Origin: Macrostomum lignano
Lineage: Eukaryota
Assembly: GCA_002269645.1 (NCBI GenBank)
Contig: NIVC01003526.1
Coordinates: 29,040 to 93,039 of the forward strand
Direction of reading: 5' to 3'
Length of the DNA stretch: 64,000 nt
Of this stretch, positions 12,246-21,246 are shown one piece after another. Every line of letters begins with the position of its first letter. Positions within the stretch are counted from its first letter, which is position 1. Both the position numbers and the translations under genes were made by a program. The notes under the pieces were generated by a model. It saw only the letters and a list, made by a program, of their open reading frames with translations, was not told the origin of the DNA and did not search any database.

Positions 12246-15200
12246 TCACTCGCTAAGGCACACTTTCCTATGTCGAGCCAGGTTCGTTGCAGCCTGCTGT
12301 CGGCCACAGTTCGGGCACGGTACACGTCTACTGCGGTAGATTCTGCCGATGTTGGCCATCGGTGTGGTCCCGATCAGAGTGTCGGCTTGGTCCGTTCTCG
12401 TGTTCCGTTTCTTGCACGTCCTCCAGTGTCTCGCGAAATTGCTGCTGCCGAGCCATTTCCCGCAGCTTGTGCAGTTCGTGCGGCCGTCGGACTGGGTGGT
12501 TCCGCGGCACCACTTTTGGTGGTTTTTTCTGGTCGTTTCGGTCTTGAAAGGTTTCCCGCACTTAGGGCAGGGGAGAGACACCTCCGCGACGGTGTGGTGC
12601 ATGCGTTTGTGGTGAATGGCCAGTCCGCCTCTTGATGCGCATATCTTTTTGCAGTGCTCATATTTGCACCTGTAGCCCGTTAATTCGGTCTCTTGGGTGG
12701 GCTGTGTCCCTGCTAGGGGTGCTTCGGTTTGCTGATCGACTCCTTCTGGTGGTAAGTTCCCGCGCCTGCTTAACATCTTTTCTAAGATGTCCAGTTGGTG
12801 CCTTCTTTCCTTAGTCACTGCTCTCCAAGTCTCTCGATCCAGTGCCAGTCTTTCGATGTCTAGTTCGTCAACCTTTGCTGTTTTTAACATTTTTTTCCAG
12901 TATGACATAATAGTTTGTTTCCGTTTACGGGCTTTGCGAACACTCTCGAGGTCTTTGTTCCAGCCTAGTAGACATGCTTTGACGAGGTTTCCGTCGGGTA
13001 GTCGGATGATGTGGCCAAGCCGTCTCCAGTGGGCCATTTCGATCTTAGTTGCGACGCTTGCAATGCCGAGTTCCTGGCGGACGTCCCAGCTGTTGACCCC
13101 TTTCTCTTCCATTTCGCGTAGGATTGGTCTTTGTTTGCTGCTCCAGATCAGGCGGTATCTGCGGTCCATTGCTTGTTGCATCTTCTTAACCTCGGAGCGG
13201 TAGAAAGGTCTGGCCCCGCTGTTGAACAGCATGGTGCTCTCGACACATGCCTCCACGATCTTTGCCTGGGTCTTTTTACTCAGCCGAGTGCGGCGCAGCA
13301 TGTTTCTCACCCCGCCCCAAGCTTTGGCTGCTCTTTGGAGGCGTTGGCTGGTATCGTTCTTTCGGCCGAGCCAGGTTCCTAACATGCGGATGTTGTCGCT
13401 TTCCTCGGTGCCCAGTGTGGCGTGCTCCTCTTTCTCGTCATTTGTGCGCTCTTCGAACTCTCCCGTAATCCTCTTGATGGTAGCGGTACCTTGCTCTATC
13501 TCCGCTGTGGTCCCGATCACCGTGGTGTCGTCGGCGAAAAGGGAGCTGGTCAGCGCGATTTCTGTCGTTTCTTCGTTGACTTTTTCCTTTTTCTGTGGTG
13601 GGAGGCTATGTCCTGAGCGTACCGTCCATCTCACTCCGCACTGTTCCCCGGTTTCCTCCGCGCGTTTCAGGCGTTCGGTTTCGGCGAGGCGCATCACCGC
13701 TTGGTGAAAGATGTTAAACAGGATCGGTGACGTTGCACATCCCTCTCTTAATCCTCTCTGGGGGTAGAATGGTGTGCTCTCTTCTTTGTCGCAGATCACT
13801 TTGTAGGCAGTGGCTTCATGTAGGTCCCTCAGTTTGCCAATGATGCTTTTTGGCATGCTGTAGTGCCTCAGGAGTTGCCAGAGAGCCGGCTTATTAACGC
13901 GAGGGTACGCTTTACGTAAGTCTAAGAGCGTGATGCTCGTGCTGTGCCTTTCCTGGAACTGCGGGCTGTCTCTGAGTTTCCCTGCGTCTTCGTTAAGGCG
14001 CCAAAGGATTTGCGTGGCGTCCATAGTTGAGCGACCGCTCCGGAACCCAGCTTGGTTTTCATCAAGGATCCCGGTGGTTTCCGCCCATTCGCTGATCCTG
14101 GTTGCTAGAATACGGGCGACTATGCGACTGACGAGTGGGAGAAGGCAGATTCCTCGGTAGTTGTTGAGGTTACCTTTATCGCCTTTTTTGAAAAGGGGTA
14201 TAATCTGGCCCGTTTTTTGGTTCTCACTCCACTCATCCGCCTTAGTCAGCCAGAGACGTTGTAACTCTTTGATCAGCGCGGTCCTGGCCTTGTCGCAGGC
14301 CTCGCGGATATAGCGGACTCGTACTCCGTCTTCGCCTGGGGCTCCGTCTCTGATTTTCTTTAGTTCACCGATTATTTCAGTTTCGGTTAGCGGGCGGGCG
14401 AGTCTGTTGTTGGCTTCTTCGATGATGTTCTTGTCTGGTTTAGTCATATAGGCAATCAACTCGGTGATTCTGGCGGGGTCATTCTCGAAACGCTCGGCCT
14501 GGATTTTCGCCAGGTGCTCTTTGAACTCCTCCGCCGCGAAAAGGGGGACGCTCGAGCTGTTGTTGGTGTTGGTCTTGCATGCTTTGCCGATTCTTCTCAG
14601 ACAGTCGTACATACCGCCAGTGTTTCCGCGTTCGCAATGTTCCTTACATTCTTCGGCGATCTTGTTCCACCATTCGTCTTCCCATTCTTGAACGCGGTTT
14701 TTATGTGTTTTTCGGTGTGTTTTTAGTCGTTCGCGAGTCATTTCGATGTTCGCCCTGCTTTCCGGAGTGCTGTTAATCCGATCCTGTTCAATCGCTCCGT
14801 TTCGCGCTGCCAGCGCGGCCGCGGTTGCCTGGTTAAGCTCTTTCAGTTCTTGTTCGTGGCCAATCATCCAAATATTTGTTTCCCGGTTCTTGACCCCGCA
14901 GACTTCTTTGGCGGTTTCGACCAGAAGTTTCTCGATGGTATGCCAGTCCTTTTCGTGGGGCTCGTCGATGTTGGCTTCGTCGTTAATGGTTTCGATCAGG
15001 TCGCGCTCTGTGGCTTTGCGGAATACTTCCCTTACGTCAGGGTCTCGAAGTTTTTCCCACGCTATTTGTTGTTTGCGGTTCCTTTTCGTCCTTCCGGGTT
15101 GGCCGTTTTTGATCTGGGGCTCGGCAGCTCCCTTGCGGAGGTGGAGCACCTTTGGTAGGTGGTCCGAGAGCGTTGTCGTCGAGTGGTCCGTTGATATCTT

Positions 15201-16169
15201 TTGCACTAGCCGGTGGCGTCTGCTTGATTCCAGGAAGAAGCCGTCCAATTCGTGCCATCGGCGAGTTTTCGGGTTCTTCCAGGTGCCGGGCTTGTTTTGG
15301 GTGTAGAAGGAGCTGACCCACGCCATGTCCAGGCTCTCCATCCAGGTTATGAGGTCTTCCCCCTGGGAGTTAGTGGCTGATGGTGTGCCCGGGTTACATC
15401 CTCCGCAGTTAGTGTGCTTGTTCTTCGCGTCCGCTCCGATGCTGGCGTTCCAGTCACCGCCGATGATTGTGATGACGCTGCGTTGTTTGTGTGACACGAG
15501 TCTTTCCGTTTCCGTTCGGATTTCTTCGATATCTTCATCGTATCCCGGGCTGCCTTTGACGGGTTGGTAGATGGCTATGAGGAGTAGGTTGGTGTACTCT
15601 AAGGCCAGGGATCTTTTCTGCGGGTGCGATCTGCGCCCGCTGGCCGTCCATCCATGCCACGCCACGTTGTTCAAGAGTATTCCGACTTTTTGTGAGAAAA
15701 TCAAGTAAGTGTCTTCTCCATCAACATGGAATTTGCGGATTCCGGTACTTTCGGTGTTGATTTCTGTGAAAAAAGTTATGTCCCATTTCCTTGCTGCCAC
15801 TTTCACCATCTCTCCAAAACGTCCTGAGAAGATGTTTGCTCTCTGGGCGTTCCAAGTTGATATTTTCAGATTTTTTGTCTTCCACGTGTCCTTTGCTTTT
15901 CTTTGGTTTTCCTGGGCACGGAGTTCTTTCGTGCGGATCTTTTTTTGTTTTCTCCTTTCTCGTCTGCTTTCTCTTTGCGCATCCGTTCTTGGACCCGGGT
16001 TTTTTTCGATGGTCTGCAAAGCTGTTTCGATAGCGGCTTCGACCTCTCTACGTTGCCTCTTCTTCTCCTTGACCCGTTCCGGTTTCTTCACGTTTTTGTT
16101 GTTTAAGGAGGTGTCCAGGGGCGTTAATCCTGGACCACTCCGTTGGGTGGAGGTTTGCCTGCAGGACAT
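12246..16169 (-). CDS. 1307-aa LINE ORF: APE endonuclease, reverse transcriptase and C-terminal zinc fingers
   Basis: APE motifs (TWNAQR, TEI, GGDWNA, ELDGF, LSDHLP). RT motifs (NYRGICLL, QAGFR, DLRKAYPRV, GLREGCATSP, FADD). RTE-type HWRRLGHIIR. Four Cys/His fingers at the C-terminus. Confidence 0.95.
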   Translation of the reverse strand: MSCRQTSTQRSGPGLTPLDTSLNNKNVKKPERVKEKKRQRREVEAAIETALQTIEKNPGPRTDAQRESRRERRKQKKIRTKELRAQENQRKAKDTWKTKNLKISTWNAQRANIFSGRFGEMVKVAARKWDITFFTEINTESTGIRKFHVDGEDTYLIFSQKVGILLNNVAWHGWTASGRRSHPQKRSLALEYTNLLLIAIYQPVKGSPGYDEDIEEIRTETERLVSHKQRSVITIIGGDWNASIGADAKNKHTNCGGCNPGTPSATNSQGEDLITWMESLDMAWVSSFYTQNKPGTWKNPKTRRWHELDGFFLESSRRHRLVQKISTDHSTTTLSDHLPKVLHLRKGAAEPQIKNGQPGRTKRNRKQQIAWEKLRDPDVREVFRKATERDLIETINDEANIDEPHEKDWHTIEKLLVETAKEVCGVKNRETNIWMIGHEQELKELNQATAAALAARNGAIEQDRINSTPESRANIEMTRERLKTHRKTHKNRVQEWEDEWWNKIAEECKEHCERGNTGGMYDCLRRIGKACKTNTNNSSSVPLFAAEEFKEHLAKIQAERFENDPARITELIAYMTKPDKNIIEEANNRLARPLTETEIIGELKKIRDGAPGEDGVRVRYIREACDKARTALIKELQRLWLTKADEWSENQKTGQIIPLFKKGDKGNLNNYRGICLLPLVSRIVARILATRISEWAETTGILDENQAGFRSGRSTMDATQILWRLNEDAGKLRDSPQFQERHSTSITLLDLRKAYPRVNKPALWQLLRHYSMPKSIIGKLRDLHEATAYKVICDKEESTPFYPQRGLREGCATSPILFNIFHQAVMRLAETERLKRAEETGEQCGVRWTVRSGHSLPPQKKEKVNEETTEIALTSSLFADDTTVIGTTAEIEQGTATIKRITGEFEERTNDEKEEHATLGTEESDNIRMLGTWLGRKNDTSQRLQRAAKAWGGVRNMLRRTRLSKKTQAKIVEACVESTMLFNSGARPFYRSEVKKMQQAMDRRYRLIWSSKQRPILREMEEKGVNSWDVRQELGIASVATKIEMAHWRRLGHIIRLPDGNLVKACLLGWNKDLESVRKARKRKQTIMSYWKKMLKTAKVDELDIERLALDRETWRAVTKERRHQLDILEKMLSRRGNLPPEGVDQQTEAPLAGTQPTQETELTGYRCKYEHCKKICASRGGLAIHHKRMHHTVAEVSLPCPKCGKPFKTETTRKNHQKWCRGTTQSDGRTNCTSCGKWLGSSNFARHWRTCKKRNTRTDQADTLIGTTPMANIGRIYRSRRVPCPNCGRQQAATNLARHRKVCLSE

Positions 16170-16209
16170 AGATGTTACTCTATGGCTGCAGGCCTCTCCC
16201 CCCCCCCCC

Positions 16210-16281
16210 GAAACCGTGTTTGCCGTCCCGATGCGGGACGCCCGCTTGGCACCGCGCGGAGGTATGGTTTCTTTGCCTGGC
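16210..16281 (-). ncRNA. Putative HDV-like self-cleaving ribozyme at the 5' end of RTE-1
   Basis: Manual fold: P1 GCCAGGC/GCCAAGC (5 of 7 pairs), P2 GAAACCAU/ACGGUUUC (7 of 8), P3 ACC/GGU with L3 UCCGCGC, P1.1 CC/GG, P4 CGUCCC/GGGACG, J4/2 G-C-A-A-A. Confidence 0.7.
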
Positions 16282-16325
16282 CATCATCATCATTATCATC
16301 ATCTTCTTCTTCATCATCATCATCG

Positions 16326-16370
<45 letters not shown>

Positions 16371-16390
16371 ATATCATCATCATCATCATC
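16282..16390. repeat. (CAT)n microsatellite between RTE-1 and RTE-2
   Basis: Directly visible. Confidence 0.95.
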
Positions 16391-16396
16391 CTTGTC

Positions 16397-16736
16397 TGTT
16401 AACAAGAGATTCTTAAGAACTGAGAACTCAGCACTTGGCGGCTAGCCTTGCACTTGCGATTGTAGCTAGACAACAAAATCCAAAGAAGGGGGTCGCGCAG
16501 TCTACTCTTGAGCTAGGTATATTTATTCTCAATGTAATATATGGCGGTGTTGACACAGGCTTTAGCGGGGGGTTGTAAGTGTGCATGACTTGCAATGTAC
16601 GTTATAACAAATCAAAATGGAGGCGGTGAGAAAAGATGGCGTGAGGCGCGGAGGGTGGCAGGTCCACTAGGCGAAGCATGAGCATAAGTAAAAGTACAGA
16701 CGTACAATCAATACGAAACCTTTACTCTTCAATCCA
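16397..16736. mobile_element. Possible solo LTR inserted in the 3' tail of RTE-2
   Basis: TG...CA ends with near-TSD TTGTC/CTGTC; it interrupts a (CCTTGT)n tail that otherwise abuts the (CAT)n tract. Confidence 0.35.
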
Positions 16737-19700
16737 CTGTCCTTGTCCTTGTAGGGCCATTCGACCTCCTAAGAGGCATGTCACTCATTGGTTTTGAGTC
16801 GGTTCCGCGGTGCAGACTTTTCGGTGTCTTGCTATATTTGTCTTCGAGATGCTCTTGTTGCAACCTGGGCAAGCAATCTTCGCTCTTCTCGGTGCGTCGG
16901 TTGGTTCAGGCCTGTCCGTCGTGTCGGCGTCTTGGTTCTCTTCCTCTTGTTCGTACCCTGTTTGTAGGTCATTGTACTGTGCACAGGTGCGTATGTGCCT
17001 CGCCATGTTGCTGGCGCTCCTGGGCTGGAGACAGTACGGGCAAGTCCCTTTCGGGGCGCCTTTGCAGATCTTAAGGTGGTTCGTCTCGCTGGCCTTGTTG
17101 TTTAGGATGTCTCCGCATCTTGGGCACTTCTCCTCTTGTCTCTGTTCTCGATGTCTCTGGAGTGTTTTAATCTCCGTTGGACCACGTAACCGGCCTTTCT
17201 CATTCGTTGGGCTCGTTGCTTCAGGTCATAGCTGCGGCCAATGTAGCTGCCTAGCATTCTGATTTCGTTCGCCTCACTTTTTCCGAATTTCAGGTGTTCC
17301 TCTTTGTCTGGGTGGCATTTTTCCTCGAATGTTGCCATGCATTGGACTGTCGTGTCCCTCGCCAGTTGCATCTCTTCTCTGCGTCCGCACAAAGTGGTGT
17401 CGTCCGCGAAGAGTGATTCCGTGATGGTGAAGTCGGTCCTTGCTGTGCTGTCCCTTGCTCTTTCTACCTTCTGGGGTGGGACTGAGCACCCTGGGATCCA
17501 TTGCCATTCGATTCCCACGGGTTCCTGGTTTTGCAGTCTTGCCGCCGCAAGTCGTTTTTGGTGCGCCATTCTCATGGTGGTTGCGTGATATATGTTGAAC
17601 AGCGTCGGAGATGTCGCGCACCCTTCTCTCAGTCCGCGTTCGGGTAGCCATGAGGTGCTGCATGACGTTTTCCCTCTTATTTCGTAGGAGGTGCCTTCGT
17701 GCAGTCCCTTCAGGGTGCGCAACATTCTCCCGTTTAATCCGTACTTGGTTAGCATTGTCTACAGGAGTGGTTTATTCACTCTAGGGTAGGCTTTGGTGAT
17801 GTCCAGGAGCGTGGCGACAGAATCTCAGGGTGTCGGTGCTGGTTCGCCTGCTGCTAGGTAGGCATTCTGGACCTCTTCGCTGATCCGGATGAAGATTTGG
17901 GCGGCGTCTGCCGTCGATCGCCCGGTTCTAAAACCCTGTTGGTTTTCATCCAGGAGACCGGTTTCTTCCGCCCACGTGCGTAGTCGTGTCGCTAGGACGC
18001 GGGCGAGAATCCTCGATTCCATCGATAGGAGGCAGATTCCTCTATAGTTACTCAGGTTGGTGTGGTCTCCTTTTTTGAATAGTGGGATCACCAGACCGCT
18101 TTTTAGACATTCTTCTCATTCGTCTGGTGGGGTGATAAACATTTAGTTGATCAGGTTGGCGACCTCTTGCTTTGTCTGTGGGTCAGCTTGTCTGATATAA
18201 CAGATTCTTCTCCCATCTTCTCCGGGTGCGCCGTCCTGGATCTTAGTCCATTCTCTGAAGGACTTCGTCGTTGGTGATTTCTTCGTTCAGCGCTTCGGCT
18301 GCTGCTCGTATGTGTTCACATTCTCTTCGGTCTGGTATCTGGTCCATGGCTTCCTGGATCTCCTGTATGTCGTTCTCATATCTCTCTTCAGACACTTTCA
18401 TGAAGTGGTCTTTCACTTCTTCGGGTATGCATCTCGCTCGGTGCCGCGGTTTTTGCATCCCTCAATCCGAGCTTCTTTAATGTTTTATACATCATGCCCA
18501 TGTCGTTTCGTTGTTGCGCTTCGTTCGCTTGGGTGATAATCTCTTCCCAGTATTCTCGTTCCCATTGTTTCTTCTTTTTCTTATATTCTTTCCTCACTTT
18601 CTTTAGCTCCTCTCTGGCCCGTTCGTACGTCTCTTGGTTCGAGTCTCGGTTGTTCTCAGTTTGTCTCGCCTCTTGTACCCAGGATGATATCCGTTGAAGA
18701 TATTGCGTCATCTCGTTTTCTTTGCCTATCAGCCAGGGAGACTCCACTGGTTTCTCTTTAATGCCGCAGACTATTTCTGCTGATTTGCGCAGCGTTTCGT
18801 TCATTTGGTCCCATGTCGTCTCTCCTTGCCGTCTTTCTATTTCTTCTGCTGTTCTTGCTTCGTATTCTTTGGCTATCTCCGGAATCTTAAGCTTTTCGTA
18901 GCATACGTTGCGCGGGCGGTTGTTTCGCCGCACCGGTTTCGGTGGTTTATTTCCTTTGATGTGCACGAGCTTCGGTCGATGGTCGGAGAAGCTATCCTGT
19001 TCGATTGTCTCCATCGCTTGGATTAGCTTCATTCTTTGGGTTCGTCTGGTGATGAAGCCGTCTACTCGTAGTTCGTGGCACTTCTTGTGTCCTCTATGGT
19101 ACCATGTGCCTCTGCGGGGCATCATGTAGAACGAGTTTGTCCAGGCTAGCCCGTGGTGTTGGCACCAAGCCAGGAAGTCGTTGCCTGCTTCGTTGGTTTT
19201 GTTTAGGCTGAATCTGCCACAGGTTCCTGGTTCCCATTTTTTTCTGGTTCCCATTTTTCCTGTTCGTTCTTTCCAACTGACATGTGATCTCCACCGATTA
19301 GTAGCCATTCATTAGTTTTGCATTTCCTCATTGATTCTTCTAGTTACTTTCTGTAGTCTTCCATCACTTCCGGTCCGTCTTTCCATAAGGGGTGTAACAT
19401 GCTGTTAGATGTAAGTTGTTGACTTTGACCGTGACCGTTCTTTCGCCGAAAAATCGTTGATGTCCTTGGTCCATCCATTGTTGTCTCCATTGGCGTCCTA
19501 GGAGTATTGCTGCTCTCTTCGAGTGGATTATGACCACGCCATTTTTTCCTTCTCCCATCCATATCATCCCGGGTTGTTCCGCCGTTATTTCTGACATCAG
19601 TACTATGTTCCAGTGCTTTTTGTTGCAGAAGCCGCCACTTCTCGTAGTTTCCTTAGGTTGTTTTCTCTTAGCGAAATCTTCTGTAGGTTCCAGGTCACCA

Positions 19701-20106
19701 TTTGTACCTTCTCTGTCGGTTCTTTCCTTAGGTTTTCGGTTCTGACTTTCTTCCAGGTCACTATTTGTACCTTCTCTGTCGGTTCCTTCCTTAGGTTTTC
19801 GGTTCTGATTTTCTTCCGTCGTGTTCTTTTCCTTTCGCGGTCCTGTTTTCTCTTTTCTGGTGTCCATTCTTGCTTTCCTCGCCTGCATTTATTTTTTGTT
19901 ATCGTCTCCTTTTGGGCCAGGTCTTCGGGCCCCGGGTTCCACTCCACGTCACCGCTCTTTGACAATGAGTTTTTGATGTTAGAGTGCATCAGCCGCTGCA
20001 GATTTTTACATCTGTTTTGGCCTCCTTTGCATTTGCTGCTCCCTTTTTGTCGAGGCGTGCGGTCTATGCTTGCTACCGCTAGAAGGTAGGTGCAGCATGA
20101 GCAAGC

Positions 20107-20107
<1 letters not shown>
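16737..20107 (-). pseudogene. Degenerate RTE-clade non-LTR retrotransposon (RTE-2) with frameshifts, deletions and a ~60-bp internal duplication near 19690-19810
   Basis: Fragmented ORFs carry APE (VTWNLQK, LMSEI, VDGF, SDHRPK), RT (NYRGICLL, QQGFR, GLREGCATSP, FADD) and zinc-finger (CPGCNKSISKTNIARHRKVC) motifs homologous to RTE-1. Confidence 0.9.
20035..20107 (-). ncRNA. Degenerate HDV-like ribozyme at the 5' end of RTE-2
   Basis: P1 GCUUGC/GCAAGC, P3 UACC/GGUA with L3 UUCUAGC, P2 GCUGCACC/GGAGCAGC. P1.1 and P4 are poorly formed. Confidence 0.45.
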
Positions 20108-20274
<167 letters not shown>

Positions 20275-20734
20275 GAGGGCAGTCTGACCTCAGCTTGGCC
20301 AGGCGGGAAATGATCCAAATCTATCTGAGTCTCGAATTTCTGCTGCCGAATTGAAGTGAAACTTTCTGAGCTTCCTGCTATCCCTTCTTGTTTCTTCGGC
20401 TGCTGCCACCTGATTGATTGCAGTGGACTCGAGGCTTGCATCCCAAAGCTTATAATAATCCCAATATGCTGCGGTACGAGAGGCCTGAGCTGTTCTCTCT
20501 CACGCAATTTTAAAATGATCGATACGGAAGCTCTGGAACTTACCCGGTATAACCCAGGGTATTCCAAAAATCTATGAGGGGAATTTTCAGGGGCACCTAG
20601 GGAATACCTAGCTTAACTTAGGGAATCACAAGAACAATCATATGAACAATCATATTCAAGAACATTGAATACTCAGCAACACGAATAACTCCCAGGATAT
20701 ACACTCAAAGAACTCCCATCAACCCACCCAGTCA

Positions 20735-21120
20735 ACAGGGGAATCCCCTATCAATAATTCCTATGGGAATCCGCAGTCAATAATCATCTAGGAATTCCCA
20801 GTAAAGAATCATCAGGGGAATCCCCAGTCAAGAATCGTCAGGGGAATCCCCAGTCAATAATTATCAGTGGAATTCACCGTCAATAATCATCAAGGGAATC
20901 CCCAGTCAAGAATCATCAAGGGAATCCCCAGTCAAGAATCATCAGGGGAATCCCCAGTCAATAATCATCAAGGGAACCCCCAGTCAATAATCATCCAGGA
21001 AATCCCCAGTCAAGAATCTTCAAGGGAATCCCCAGTCAAGAATCATCAAGGGAATTAATTCCCAGTCAAGAATCATCAAGGGAATTAATTCCCAGTTAAG
21101 AATCATCAAGGGAACCCCCG
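20735..21120. repeat. ~26-bp minisatellite (GGGAATCCCCAGTCAAGAATCATCAA)n
   Basis: Directly visible; degenerate copies. Confidence 0.9.
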
Positions 21121-21246
21121 CTCAAAAATCGCCCGGGAATTCCCTAGAAGGCTAAGAATCCACAATTCATGGATTCCCTAGGAATCCCTAACATTCACTC
21201 TGAAAATTCCGGGAATCCCAGTGTACAACTCTTCAATTCACCGCAG

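Larger units (their letters stand above)
12198..16282 (-). mobile_element. Full-length RTE-clade non-LTR retrotransposon (RTE-1) in CDK14 intron 4, antisense to the gene
   Basis: Single intact ORF, short UTRs, (GAA)n(GAT)n tail at 12134-12197 and (GAT)n tract at the 5' end. Confidence 0.9.

Noticed and set aside
20424-20473. Additional CDK14 exon (AG...GTACGA)
   Set aside because: Phase is incompatible with the neighbours, and exons 11965-12103 and 21247 already join in frame.
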